The translations under genes and the position numbers were made by a program. Of a stretch of DNA of 64,000 nucleotides, positions 21,886-31,137 are shown piece by piece. The notes beneath the pieces were generated by a model. It saw only the letters and a program-made list of their open reading frames with translations, was not told the origin of the DNA and made no database searches. How positions within the stretch are numbered: position 1 is the stretch's first letter; each line of letters starts with the position of its first letter. The stretch comes from Thermoanaerobaculia bacterium (GTDB lineage: Bacteria > Acidobacteriota > Thermoanaerobaculia > Multivoradales > Multivoraceae): NCBI GenBank assembly GCA_942492505.1, contig CALOFD010000013.1, forward strand, positions 10,756-74,755, read 5' to 3'.

Positions 21886-23244
21886 CTATCGGAATCGGGT
21901 ATCGGGCTGGACGACTTCGGTGGGGCCGAATTCTTCCAGTTGGGGCTGGAGTTCGCTGGCGGGGCCGACGGCTACGAGGGTCATGGTTTCGGGGTGGAGG
22001 TGGTCCTTGGCGACGCGGGCGAGGGTCGGGGCGTCGATGGTGGCGATGTCGTTCTGCCAGGTCTGCCAGTAGTCCTCCTCGAGGCCGAAGATGGCGAGGG
22101 TCCTCAGGTGCTGGAGGATGCCGCCGTTGGTCTGCAGGCCGTAGGGGAAGACGCCGAGGAGGTAGGAGCGGGTGTCTTCGATCTCCTCGGTGGTGGGGGG
22201 CTCGGTCTGGATCCTGGTGAGTTCGCCGAGGGTTTCCCGCAAGGCGGCGCCGGTGACGTCGGTGCCGACGGCGGCGGAGGCGACGAAGGGCCCGGGGCCG
22301 ATGCGGTGGGCGAAGGCGGTGCGGGCGCCGTAGGTGTAGCCGTGGCGCTCGCGCAGGTTCAGGTTGAGGCGGCTGGTGAACTTGCCCCCCAGCAGCGAAT
22401 TGAGGAAGGTCAGCGCGCTGCGATCGGGGTGGTCGCGGGGTTGCCCGACCTGGCCGACGCGGATCTCGGTCTGCGCGGCGTTGGGGCGGTCGACGATGAC
22501 GACTCGTCGTTGTGCCGCCGGCGGGGCCACAGGGGGGTAGGGCGGTGTCTCGCCGGCAGTGAGTGTGCCGAACGACTCGACGACCTGGGACGCGAGTTCG
22601 TGCGACTCGAAGTCGCCGACGGCGATCACGTGGGCGGAGCCGGAACGGTAGCGAGTCTCGTGGAACGCCACGAGGTCGTCTCGCTGGATCGATGCGACGG
22701 CCGCCTCTCCGCCCACCAGGGGAACGCCGTAGACGGTTCCCCGGTAGAGCTCGGAGGAGATCGTCGTCGAGGCCAGGGCGCCCGCCTGCGAGCGCATGCG
22801 CAGGATCTCGGCGAGTCGCTCGCGGCGCAGTCGCTCGATCTCGTCGTCGGCAAAGGCCGGCCGGATGACCGAGTCGGAGAGCAGGTCGAGACCGTCCGCG
22901 AGGTAGCTCGACAACAGGCTGAACGACGCCGAGGCGGTGTTCCAGCCGGCGCCGCTGGCCAGGCGGCCTCCCAGGCTTTCGATGTGCTGGGCGATCTCCT
23001 CTGAACTGCGGGTGCTCGTTCCCTCTTCGAGGAGGTCGGCGGTGAAGCCGGCCAGCCCAGGTTGGGACTCGGGATTGGCGTGGCCGCCGGCCTCGAAGAC
23101 GATCTGCAGCGTGACCAGGGGCGCGTGGTCGCGCCGACAGCTCCACAGGGTGAGCCCGTTCTCCAGGCGATGCCTTTCGAAGGCCGGAAACGTCGACTCG
23201 ACCGGAGCGCGTCGCGCCGGAGGCTGGCTGCGATCGAAGCTCAT
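21886..23244 (-). CDS. M16-family peptidase, HxxEH-less (non-catalytic-type) subunit
   Basis: ATG at 23244 (MSFDRSQPP...) overlaps the stop of the upstream M16 gene (ATGA). 452 aa. The longer 924-aa ORF is an out-of-frame extension. Confidence 0.88.
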   Translation of the reverse strand: MSFDRSQPPARRAPVESTFPAFERHRLENGLTLWSCRRDHAPLVTLQIVFEAGGHANPESQPGLAGFTADLLEEGTSTRSSEEIAQHIESLGGRLASGAGWNTASASFSLLSSYLADGLDLLSDSVIRPAFADDEIERLRRERLAEILRMRSQAGALASTTISSELYRGTVYGVPLVGGEAAVASIQRDDLVAFHETRYRSGSAHVIAVGDFESHELASQVVESFGTLTAGETPPYPPVAPPAAQRRVVIVDRPNAAQTEIRVGQVGQPRDHPDRSALTFLNSLLGGKFTSRLNLNLRERHGYTYGARTAFAHRIGPGPFVASAAVGTDVTGAALRETLGELTRIQTEPPTTEEIEDTRSYLLGVFPYGLQTNGGILQHLRTLAIFGLEEDYWQTWQNDIATIDAPTLARVAKDHLHPETMTLVAVGPASELQPQLEEFGPTEVVQPDTRFR

Positions 23245-24530
23245 CGAGCGCCTTCCTGGGGTTCGACCCGCACCCGCGCTCGTCCCGTGCCGGTCGACAG
23301 CCGTTGTGCGACCTGGCGGACGTCGTCGGTCGAGATGTCGTGCAGCAGCTCGATCTCGCGCTGGAAGTGCAGCGGGTCGTCGAAGTAGGTGGTCATCTGC
23401 GAGAGCAGATCGGCGCGTCGCTCGAGAGTCTGGATCTCGCCGTAGTAGGAGGTGAGAACCCGATTCCGGGCACGCTCGACATCCTGTTGCCTGGGTCCGT
23501 TCTCGGCGATCCTGTCGATATGCTCGAGCAGGGCGTTCTCCACCTCCTCGGCTGAAGTTCCCGGCCGGGCCGTGGCGCTGACGTGCAGGCAGCCGCTCTC
23601 TTCCGTGGGAAAGACGAAGGCACCGGCGCTCTGGGCGATCTCCCTGCGATAGACGAGGTCGTTGTGCAGCAGGCTGGACTTGCCGCCGCTCAACAGCATC
23701 GCGAGCAGATCGGCCGCGTACCAGCTGCGCTCGCCGTAGGCGGGAATCCGGTAGGCCATCATCGAACGAGACAGCTGAACGTCGTCGACGAGTTCCTCGC
23801 AGGGATCGTCGTCGCTGAGGTCGGCGTCTGCCCACTCGACCTCGGGAACCTCGGGGCCGGCCGGCAGATCGCCGAAGTAGAGCTCGACACGCTGCAGGGC
23901 CTTGTCGGGCTCGAGGTCGCCGGCCAGGGTGAGGACGGCGTTGTTCGGGGCGTAGTAGGTCTGGAAGAACTCCCGCACGTCGTCGAGGGTGGCGGCGGCG
24001 ATGTCTTCCATGTACCCGATCACCGGCCAGTGGTAGGGATGTCCGTCGGGAAACGCCAGCTCCTGGAGGCGCTCGGAGGCCCGACCGTAGGGCTGGTTGT
24101 CGACCCGCTGGAGCCGTTCGTTCATCACCACTCCACGCTGGTTCTCCAGCTTCTCCGACGTCATCGCCGGCAGCAGGAAGCCCATTCGGTCCGACTCGAG
24201 CCACAGACCGAGGTCCAGCGAGTCGGCGGGCAGGGTCTCGAAGTAGTTGGTGCGGTCGTACCAGGTCGAGCCGTTGGCCACGCCGCCGACCTGCTGGACG
24301 TACCTGAAATGGTCGTTGTCGCCGACGTTCGCGCTGCCCTGGAAGAGCATGTGCTCGAAGAGGTGGGCGAATCCGGTCTTGCCCGGCCGCTCGTTCTTGG
24401 AGCCGGCGTGGTACCAGAGGTTCACCGCCACCAGCGGCAGTCGCGGGTCGGGATGGATGACGACCTCGAGGCCGTTGGCGAGGCGATGTCGCTCGACTCT
24501 CAGGGGGGGAATGGTGGGCGTCGCAGACAT
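23241..24530 (-). CDS. M16-family zinc peptidase (pitrilysin-like, catalytic subunit)
   Basis: 429-aa ORF with the inverted zincin motif HLFEH in GFAHLFEHMLFQG. Confidence 0.92.
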   Translation of the reverse strand: MSATPTIPPLRVERHRLANGLEVVIHPDPRLPLVAVNLWYHAGSKNERPGKTGFAHLFEHMLFQGSANVGDNDHFRYVQQVGGVANGSTWYDRTNYFETLPADSLDLGLWLESDRMGFLLPAMTSEKLENQRGVVMNERLQRVDNQPYGRASERLQELAFPDGHPYHWPVIGYMEDIAAATLDDVREFFQTYYAPNNAVLTLAGDLEPDKALQRVELYFGDLPAGPEVPEVEWADADLSDDDPCEELVDDVQLSRSMMAYRIPAYGERSWYAADLLAMLLSGGKSSLLHNDLVYRREIAQSAGAFVFPTEESGCLHVSATARPGTSAEEVENALLEHIDRIAENGPRQQDVERARNRVLTSYYGEIQTLERRADLLSQMTTYFDDPLHFQREIELLHDISTDDVRQVAQRLSTGTGRARVRVEPQEGAR

Positions 24531-24653
24531 GACGGTCGAGTCTACGGGAGCCGGCTTCGAAGCGCATCCCGTCGCACCCCGAGCCCTCCACCGTGGAAGA
24601 CGGCCCGATCCCGGTGAGGGATGCGGGTGCGGGCGGCGCCGTCGGCAAACCTC

Positions 24654-24682
24654 TTGACATGCGCCTTGTTTACGCCTACCCT
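24654..24682 (+). promoter_or_regulatory. Candidate lexA promoter TTGACA-17 nt-TACCCT
   Basis: The -10 ends 6 nt before the GTG at 24689, which implies a leaderless or near-leaderless transcript. Confidence 0.35.
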
Positions 24683-24688
24683 GGTTCG

Positions 24689-25317
24689 GTGACGACCGTC
24701 AAGAACTACCTGACCAAGCGCAGAAGGAGATCCTCGAGTTCATCGAGGATTTCACCTCCAGCAACGGCATCTCGCCGACCCACCGCGAAATCTGCGAGGA
24801 GTTCGGCTACTCCTCCTACGGCACGGTGCACAAGCACCTCAAGCTGCTCCAGCAGAAGGGCTTCCTGAAGCGCGACTGGAATCAGAAGCGCGGACTCCAG
24901 CTCATGCGGCCTGCGGCCAGCGCCGCGGAGCCGCCGCTCGCGGAGGTTCCCTTCTACGGCCGTATCGCAGCCGGTCGGCCGATCGAGGCGTTGCCCGGCA
25001 ACGATTCGCTGCCGATCCCTCCCAGCCTCCTGCGTGGCGCCCACGGCGACCACTACGTCCTGCAGGTCACCGGCGATTCGATGATCGAGGAAGGCATCCA
25101 CGACGGCGACCTGGTGGTGATCCAGCGCAGCCAGCAGGCGAAGCCCGGCGAGATGGTGGTCGCGCTGGTCGACGACGAAGCGACGCTCAAACGCTTCTAT
25201 CCCGAAGGTGAGATCGTCCGCCTGCAGCCCTCGCATCCCACCATGCAGCCGATGCGCTTTCCGGCCGAGAGTGTGAGGATACAAGGCATAGTAGTAGGCC
25301 TGATGAGGTCCTTCTGA
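24689..25317 (+). CDS. lexA: LexA repressor, frame-disrupted as written (one nt missing near 24719-24722)
   Basis: VTTVKNYLTKR is in the frame of 24689. QKEILEFIEDFTSSNGISPTHREICEEFGYSSYGTVHKHLKLLQQKGFL... continues in the -1 frame to the S24 peptidase domain (VTGDSMIEEGI). 629 nt plus 1 gives 210 codons. Confidence 0.85.
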
Positions 25318-25334
25318 CGTCGAGGCGCGGCCGG

Positions 25335-25446
25335 GGATCGTACCCAATCTCGCCGTGTCCTCCTTCGTCCCCTTGTGCGACGTAGCTCCGCTACGCCTCC
25401 GCGGGTCCTCCCTGCGGTACGACGATCTCACGCACGCTTCTCAGCC
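25335..25446 (+). repeat. M1 module, copy B1
   Basis: Near-identical to 21177-21288. Confidence 0.85.
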
Positions 25447-25604
25447 TTTCGTAGGTGGGTCGGGCGGGGATCGCGGCAGCCCTTCGGGCTGCTTGGGAGT
25501 TCGCTCACGCGAACTCCTGCCCCAATCTCGCCGGATCCTTGTCGAATCCCTTATGCGAGGTTGGCAACCCTTCGGGTTGCTTAGAAGCTCGCTCCACGAA
25601 CCTC

Positions 25605-25667
25605 ACGCTCCGCTACGCTTCCGCGGGTCCTCACTCGCGGTACGACGATCTCCTGCACGTACCAGCC
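25605..25667 (+). repeat. M1 module, partial copy B2 (3' two-thirds)
   Basis: CGCTCCGCTACGCTTCCGCGGGTCCTCACTCGCGGTACGACGATCTCCTGCACG aligns to M1 positions about 50-112. Confidence 0.7.
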
Positions 25668-25805
25668 TCAGGTTGGGTAGTGATTGGACCCCTGATGTTG
25701 CCTGGAAGGCTTCTCGGGTTGACTCGGCCGGAGGAACTTCGAAGGGTCAGAGTTCTTGAGGCGCATTGGAGTTTGCAGCAACTCCAGCTAGCCAACCCAA
25801 CCTGA

Positions 25806-25911
25806 GGCCGGGAAGCGTGCGCCAGATCGTCGAACCGCAGGAGAGACCCACGAAGAGTTAGCGGAACTACCTCAAGCACACCCGACGAGGACTTGCCGAG
25901 ATGGGCGATCC
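25806..25911 (-). repeat. M1 module, copy B3 (inverted)
   Basis: The reverse complement GGATCGCCCATCTCGG...GGTAGTTCCGCTAAC...GCGGTTCGACGATCTGGCGCACGCTTCCCGGCC aligns to M1. Confidence 0.8.
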
Positions 25912-25972
25912 CCGGCCGACCCCGATCATGATACAGTTGGGGATTGCTAACTCTCTATAACTGAACGAACAA

Positions 25973-27406
25973 ATGACTGTAACGCCACTGTCGCAGGACG
26001 CCCCTGCGTCTACGATCGACGAGCTTTTGCGCCTGATGGCGGCGCGGGGGGCTTCGGATCTGCACTTGAAGCCGACGCGCCAGCCGTTGTTGCGGATCGA
26101 TGGTCGGCTGGTGGCGTTGGATGCGGAGCCGCTGCGTCGGGGTGAGATCGGGCGGATGTTGAAGGACGTTCTGCAGCCGCATCAGAAGGCGCGGTTGGAG
26201 AAGAACCTGGCGGTGGACTTCGGTTATGGGGTGCCGGGGTTGGCGCGCTTCCGCTGCAATGTGTATCTGCAGCGCGGCACGCTGGCTGCGGCGTTCCGGC
26301 GGATTCCGATCGAGATCGCAGGGCTGGAGGAGCTCGAGCTGCCCGAGAGCCTGCTCGATTTCTGCAATCTGCCGATGGGTCTCGTGTTGATCACCGGCCC
26401 GACCGGCAGCGGCAAGTCGACGACGCTCGCAGCGCTGCTGAAGCACATCTCGGCGACCCGCCCGGTGCACATCATCACGATCGAGGACCCGATCGAGTTC
26501 CTGTTCGTGGACGACAAGGCGAGCATTTCGCAGCGCGAGATCGGGATCGACACGCCGGCCTTCAGCGAGGCGCTGCGCAACGCGGTCCGTCAGGACCCCG
26601 ACGTGATCATGGTCGGCGAGATGCGCGACCCCGAGACCGTCTCCACGGTCATCACCGCCGCCGAGACCGGTCATCTGGTCTTTTCCACCCTCCATACCAA
26701 CAGCGCCACCCAGACCGTCGACCGGATTCTCGACAACTTTCCGGCCAACCAGCAGGCGCAGGTGCGCTCGCAGCTATCCCAGCTGATCAAGGGCGTCGTT
26801 TCGATGCAGCTGGTCGAGCGCACGGAGGGCGGGCGGATCGCGGCCCTCGAGATCCTCAAGGCGTCGCCGCAGGTCGAACAGATCATCGAGAAGGGGAGAA
26901 CGGCGGATCTGCACGAGGCGATCGAGTCGTCGGTGGCCCATTTCTCGATGCAGTCCATGAATCAGTCGCTGATCGCACTGCTGGTCCACGGCTCGATCAC
27001 CTACGACGAAGCGATCCGCCGGTCCACGGATCCAGATGACCTGTCCCTGAAACTGAGAAAGATGTTCCCGAAGATCGAATCGGAGGGTGAAGATATGTCC
27101 AGCGTCGCCGATTTCTCCCAGATTTCCGAGTTGCGAGAGTTCCGCCGGCTGTACGAAGAGCAGGAAGACAAGGTCAAGGTCCAGCTCGAGCAGAAGGACG
27201 AGCTGATCGCCGATCTGCGCGCCCGGATGCAGGAGCAGCAGAGCGAGTTGGCCACCCTCGAGGGCCGCCAGAAGGATCTTCGCGAAGAGGTCCAGCGGCT
27301 GGAGGCGGAGCGCGATCGCACCGCCCGCGAGCAGCAGCAGAAGACCGACAAGCTGATGGAGAGGATCAAGGAACTCAATCAGCGCCTGGTCAGCCTCGGC
27401 GGTTGA
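25973..27406 (+). CDS. pilT: PilT-family type IV pilus retraction ATPase with a C-terminal coiled-coil extension
   Basis: 477 aa; Walker A GPTGSGKST, Asp box ITIEDPIEF, Walker B DPDVIMVGEMRD, His box TGHLVFSTLHT. The last 110 aa or so are heptad-like and charged. Confidence 0.9.
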   Translation: MTVTPLSQDAPASTIDELLRLMAARGASDLHLKPTRQPLLRIDGRLVALDAEPLRRGEIGRMLKDVLQPHQKARLEKNLAVDFGYGVPGLARFRCNVYLQRGTLAAAFRRIPIEIAGLEELELPESLLDFCNLPMGLVLITGPTGSGKSTTLAALLKHISATRPVHIITIEDPIEFLFVDDKASISQREIGIDTPAFSEALRNAVRQDPDVIMVGEMRDPETVSTVITAAETGHLVFSTLHTNSATQTVDRILDNFPANQQAQVRSQLSQLIKGVVSMQLVERTEGGRIAALEILKASPQVEQIIEKGRTADLHEAIESSVAHFSMQSMNQSLIALLVHGSITYDEAIRRSTDPDDLSLKLRKMFPKIESEGEDMSSVADFSQISELREFRRLYEEQEDKVKVQLEQKDELIADLRARMQEQQSELATLEGRQKDLREEVQRLEAERDRTAREQQQKTDKLMERIKELNQRLVSLGG

Positions 27407-27519
27407 CGCGCCGACCGCTCGCTTTTCTACGCGCGGGCCCTCTCCAGCCGGTGTGGTGACGGCTTCGAGTGGCTCGGCGAAGAGTTTCTTTGCCTGATTC
27501 CGGCTCCGCCCGTAGAATC

Positions 27520-27813
27520 ATGGTCATGGCTCTAAGTGCCGAAGAAGTCAGGAAAATCGCCCGCCTCGCCCGACTTCGGCTGAGCGCCGAGGAAGAGAGG
27601 ACGTTCGCTCCGCAGTTGGCGGAGATCCTCGCCTACGTCGAGCAGTTGGACGCTTTCGAGACAGCCGAGGCGACCGAGCAGGGCAGTGACGGACTGGAGC
27701 GCGACGACATCGTCGGGGAGTCCGTGGAACGTTCCCGGTTCCTGGCCAACGCACCGCGCTCCTGGGGGTCGTTCCTCCTCGTGCCGCAGGTCAAGGCCAG
27801 TGGCGATGAGTGA
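27520..27813 (+). CDS. gatC: Asp/Glu-tRNA(Asn/Gln) amidotransferase subunit C
   Basis: MVMALSAEEVRKIARLARLRLSAEEE..., immediately upstream of gatA and overlapping it by 8 nt. Confidence 0.88.
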   Translation: MVMALSAEEVRKIARLARLRLSAEEERTFAPQLAEILAYVEQLDAFETAEATEQGSDGLERDDIVGESVERSRFLANAPRSWGSFLLVPQVKASGDE

Positions 27814-29284
27814 GTCGGACCACACGGTTGTCGCGATCGCTGCTCGCGTTCGGGCCGGCGAACAGAGCGCCGTCGAGGTCGCGGAGTCCTTCCTCGGCCG
27901 GATCGAGGCCTCGGAGCCTCACCTGGGAGCCTTTCTGGAGGTGCAGGCCGAGCGCGCGCTCAGGGTCGCCGGCGACATCGATCGACGGCGTGCGGCCGGC
28001 GAGGCCCTGGGTGCCCTGGCCGGAGTTCCCGTTGCCCTGAAGGACAATCTGAGCGTCGAGGGCCAGTCCCTGACCTGTGCCTCGAAGGTTCTCGTCGGCT
28101 ACCAGGCGCCCTACACGGCGACGGCGGTCGAGAAGCTGCTGTCGGCCGATGCGGTTCCGGTCGGTCGACTCAACATGGACGAGTTCGCGATGGGTTCCTC
28201 GTGTGAGAACTCGGCCTTTCAGGTCACCCGCAATCCCTGGGACCTGCAGAAGGTGCCGGGGGGGTCGAGCGGCGGATCGGCGGCCGCGGTCGCGGCCGGC
28301 TGTGTACCGCTGGCGCTCGGCTCCGACACCGGGGGCTCGATTCGGCAGCCGGCCGCGTTCTGCGGCGTGGTGGGGATGAAGCCGACCTGGGGGCGCGTGT
28401 CGCGTTACGGGCTGGTGGCGTTCGCCTCGTCGCTCGACCAGATCGGGCCGTTGACCCGCGACGTGCGCGATGCCGCTCTCACCACGGGCGTGATCGCCGG
28501 CTACGATCACCGAGATGCGACGAGCGCCAGGGCGCCGGTGGCCGACTACCTGGCTGCGATCGACGAGGGCGTTTCGGGTCTGCGGGTCGGGGTCGTCGAG
28601 GAGATCGATACCGGTGCCCTGCCGGCGGACGCCCGTGCGAGCTGGTCCGAGTCGTTGGCCGCCCTCGAGGCCGCCGGCGCCGAGTTGCGACCGGTCTCGG
28701 TGCCCAACCTGCCGTCGTCGGTGGCGCTGTACTACGTGCTCGCCAACTGCGAGGCGAGCGCCAATCTGGCCCGCTTCGACGGCGTGCGCTACGGACATCG
28801 GTCGGAGCACGCCGGAAGCCTGCTCGAGCTCTATGAGGAGAGTCGTGAGGAGGGCCTCGGAGCCGAAGTGAAGCGGCGCATCCTGCTCGGAACCTTCGCG
28901 CTCTCGTCGGGCTACTACGATGCCTACTACGGCAGAGCACGAGGGGTTCTCGAAGCGCTTCGCAGGCAGTTCGCGACGGCCTTCGAGTCGGTCGACCTGA
29001 TCGCCAGCCCCACCTGTCCGGGCCCCGCCTTCGGCATCGGCGAGAAGGTCGACGATCCTCTCGAGATGTACCTCCAGGACACGTTCACGACGCCTGCCAG
29101 CCTGGCGGGCCTGCCGGCCATCTCGGTGCCGAGCGGTTTCGACAGCGCGGGACTGCCGCTCGGACTCCAGTTGATGGCGAAGCCGTTCGACGAAGCTCTC
29201 CTGTTCTCGGCGTCGGCGGCCTTCGAAGCCCGGGCCGGCTTCGGAACTCCGGTCGCCAGGGGGTTGGAAGGAGCCCTGGGATGA
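27806..29284 (+). CDS. gatA: Asp/Glu-tRNA(Asn/Gln) amidotransferase subunit A
   Basis: ATG at 27806; amidase signature [14 protein letters not shown]...[12 protein letters not shown]; 492 aa. Confidence 0.95.
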   Translation: MSESDHTVVAIAARVRAGEQSAVEVAESFLGRIEASEPHLGAFLEVQAERALRVAGDIDRRRAAGEALGALAGVPVALKDNLSVEGQSLTCASKVLVGYQAPYTATAVEKLLSADAVPVGRLNMDEFAMGSSCENSAFQVTRNPWDLQKVPGGSSGGSAAAVAAGCVPLALGSDTGGSIRQPAAFCGVVGMKPTWGRVSRYGLVAFASSLDQIGPLTRDVRDAALTTGVIAGYDHRDATSARAPVADYLAAIDEGVSGLRVGVVEEIDTGALPADARASWSESLAALEAAGAELRPVSVPNLPSSVALYYVLANCEASANLARFDGVRYGHRSEHAGSLLELYEESREEGLGAEVKRRILLGTFALSSGYYDAYYGRARGVLEALRRQFATAFESVDLIASPTCPGPAFGIGEKVDDPLEMYLQDTFTTPASLAGLPAISVPSGFDSAGLPLGLQLMAKPFDEALLFSASAAFEARAGFGTPVARGLEGALG

Positions 29285-31038
29285 TCCGGTCGGACGCAGG
29301 CCGTTCAGCCTCCCGGTTTCACGCCCCGATCCTGGCGCTCGTCGTTCTGGCCTCGGGCCTGGCCGCGGCGGCTTCCGCGGCGACCCGCAGGGTCGAACTG
29401 GGAGACGGCATGGTGGCGAGCCTGGGCGACGATCGCGTTCCCCGTTTCGAGGCCCTGCCGCTTCAGAACGAGGGCCTGTTGAAATTCGCGGAGCGGCTCT
29501 GCGGCGACCAGGGCCTGGCGCCCCGCATTGCGGAGGCCAACGGTTCCATCCAGCGGTTGCTGGCCGGTGTTCGCTACGAGGTGCCGGTCGGGCTGTTGCT
29601 GCCGCACTTGCGTTTTCGAATGATGGAAGCGCTCTTCCAGGAGGACTCGCGGACTACCGACGGTTGGCGCCACGTGGTGCACCCGGCAGGCGGCCGGCAG
29701 AGCGAAACCTTGTGGAGCATCGCCGAGTGGTTCACCGGCAACGGGCGCAACTACGGCGCGATTCGCCGCTTCAACGGCTTGCAGGACGAAGAGATCGACC
29801 TCGGCCAGGTCCTGATCGTGCCGAACGCCCTGCTGCTGCCAGGGCTGGCGCTTCCACCGCCTCAGTTGCCGCCGCCGCCGACAGACCTGCAATTCGGCTC
29901 CGATTCCCGGGGGGCCTACGGCGTCTATTCGCTGCAGGCCGGCGAAGCGCTCTACTCCTCGGTCGTCGTTCGTTTCACCGGCCGGATCTTCGCCGACGAC
30001 GTCAATCGCCTGGCTCGCGAGATCGCCGACCGGAGTTCGATCGACGACGTCACGGACATCCCGGTCGGCTATCGCGTCAAGATTCCCGAGGAGCTGCTGC
30101 AGCCGGAGTTCCTGCCGCTCGATCACCCGCGCCGTTCGAGCTACGAGGCGGACCTGGCCTCGACGGCCGGCTATGCCAATCGGGTGATGGCCCTCGATCT
30201 CGATGGAGTCACCGTGATCCTCGACGCCGGCCACGGTGGACGCGACGTCGGCGCCTCGATCAGCGGAGTCTGGGAGAGCACCTACGTCTACGACATCATG
30301 CTGCGGCTGCGTCAGTTGCTGGTTTCCCGGACGACTGCCGAAGTCATCACCACGACCCGCGACGGCGGCGGCTATATCCTGGCGGATCGAGATCAGCTGG
30401 CCGGCTCGCGGGGTCATAGCGTCCTCGTGACTCCGCCCTATGCGATCGAGGATTCGCGGATTTCGAGCAACCTGCGCTGGTATCTCTCGAACAGTATCTA
30501 TCGCGACCGCACCACTCGCAACGGCCGCGACCCCGAACGGGTGGTCTTCGTCTCGATCCACGCCGATTCGCTGCACCCGTCGCTGCGCGGCGCCATGGTC
30601 TACCTGCCCGGCCTGCTCGAGAATCCGGCCAACTACGGCAAGACGGGATCGGTCTATACCTCTCGCAAGGAGGTGCGGGAGCGCCAGCGGGTCACGTTCA
30701 GCCGTAGCCAACGGGTTCGCAGCGAGGGGCTGTCGCGCGACCTGGCGGAGAGGGTGATCCAATCGTTCCGCGACGAGGGCCTCCAGGTCCACGCCAACAA
30801 ACCGATTCGCGATCGCGTCATCCGCAATCGCAGCGCCTGGGTGCCGGCGGTGCTGCGATTCAACGAGGTCCCGGCCAAGGTGCTGGTGGAGGTCTGCAAC
30901 CTCGCCAACGCTGAAGACCGCCGGCTGATCCAGACCCGCGCCTTCCGGCAGCGGGTGGCCGAAGCCCTGGCCGATGCGCTGCTCGACTACTACGGCAGGG
31001 ATCCCGACCGCGACGGTCAACAGGTCGCGGGTCGCTGA
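29281..31038 (+). CDS. N-acetylmuramoyl-L-alanine amidase (Amidase_3) with signal peptide and LysM-like region
   Basis: 585 aa; LDAGHGGRDVGA...VFVSIHADS (Amidase_3 metal ligands); N-terminal hydrophobic segment; ETLWSIAEWF...IDLGQVLIVP is LysM-like. Confidence 0.85.
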   Translation: MIRSDAGRSASRFHAPILALVVLASGLAAAASAATRRVELGDGMVASLGDDRVPRFEALPLQNEGLLKFAERLCGDQGLAPRIAEANGSIQRLLAGVRYEVPVGLLLPHLRFRMMEALFQEDSRTTDGWRHVVHPAGGRQSETLWSIAEWFTGNGRNYGAIRRFNGLQDEEIDLGQVLIVPNALLLPGLALPPPQLPPPPTDLQFGSDSRGAYGVYSLQAGEALYSSVVVRFTGRIFADDVNRLAREIADRSSIDDVTDIPVGYRVKIPEELLQPEFLPLDHPRRSSYEADLASTAGYANRVMALDLDGVTVILDAGHGGRDVGASISGVWESTYVYDIMLRLRQLLVSRTTAEVITTTRDGGGYILADRDQLAGSRGHSVLVTPPYAIEDSRISSNLRWYLSNSIYRDRTTRNGRDPERVVFVSIHADSLHPSLRGAMVYLPGLLENPANYGKTGSVYTSRKEVRERQRVTFSRSQRVRSEGLSRDLAERVIQSFRDEGLQVHANKPIRDRVIRNRSAWVPAVLRFNEVPAKVLVEVCNLANAEDRRLIQTRAFRQRVAEALADALLDYYGRDPDRDGQQVAGR

Positions 31039-31137
31039 TCCCGGTCCAACGATCCCGACGGCCGACCGGCAGGAGGATCGCCTCCGTGCGAACGGCCGGG
31101 AACCGATCGAGGCTTCGTCTGGTCTAATCGAGGAGAC

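Larger units (their letters stand above)
25329..25917. repeat. Composite hairpin-rich intergenic repeat element, copy B, bounded by inverted M1 copies (MITE-like)
   Basis: GGCCGGGGATCG at 25329 and its reverse complement at 25906-25917. Interior is collinear with copy A (25447-25600 against 21289-21566). Confidence 0.8.

Noticed and set aside
21886-24660. 924-aa ORF spanning both M16 genes
   Set aside because: Its N-terminal 470 aa or so are an Arg/Pro-rich out-of-frame shadow of the genuine 23241-24530 gene. The real second M16 gene starts at the ATG at 23244, which overlaps the upstream stop.
24684-24706. GTTC-N15-GAAC inverted repeat as a LexA box
   Set aside because: The spacing matches no described LexA-box class, and it lies mostly inside the lexA coding region. 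It is probably fortuitous.
25921-25972. AT-rich patch (..GATACAGTTGGGGATTGCTAACTCTCTATAACTGAACGAACAA) as the pilT promoter
   Set aside because: TATAAC is a plausible -10, but no acceptable -35 lies at 16-18 nt. Not enough support to annotate it.
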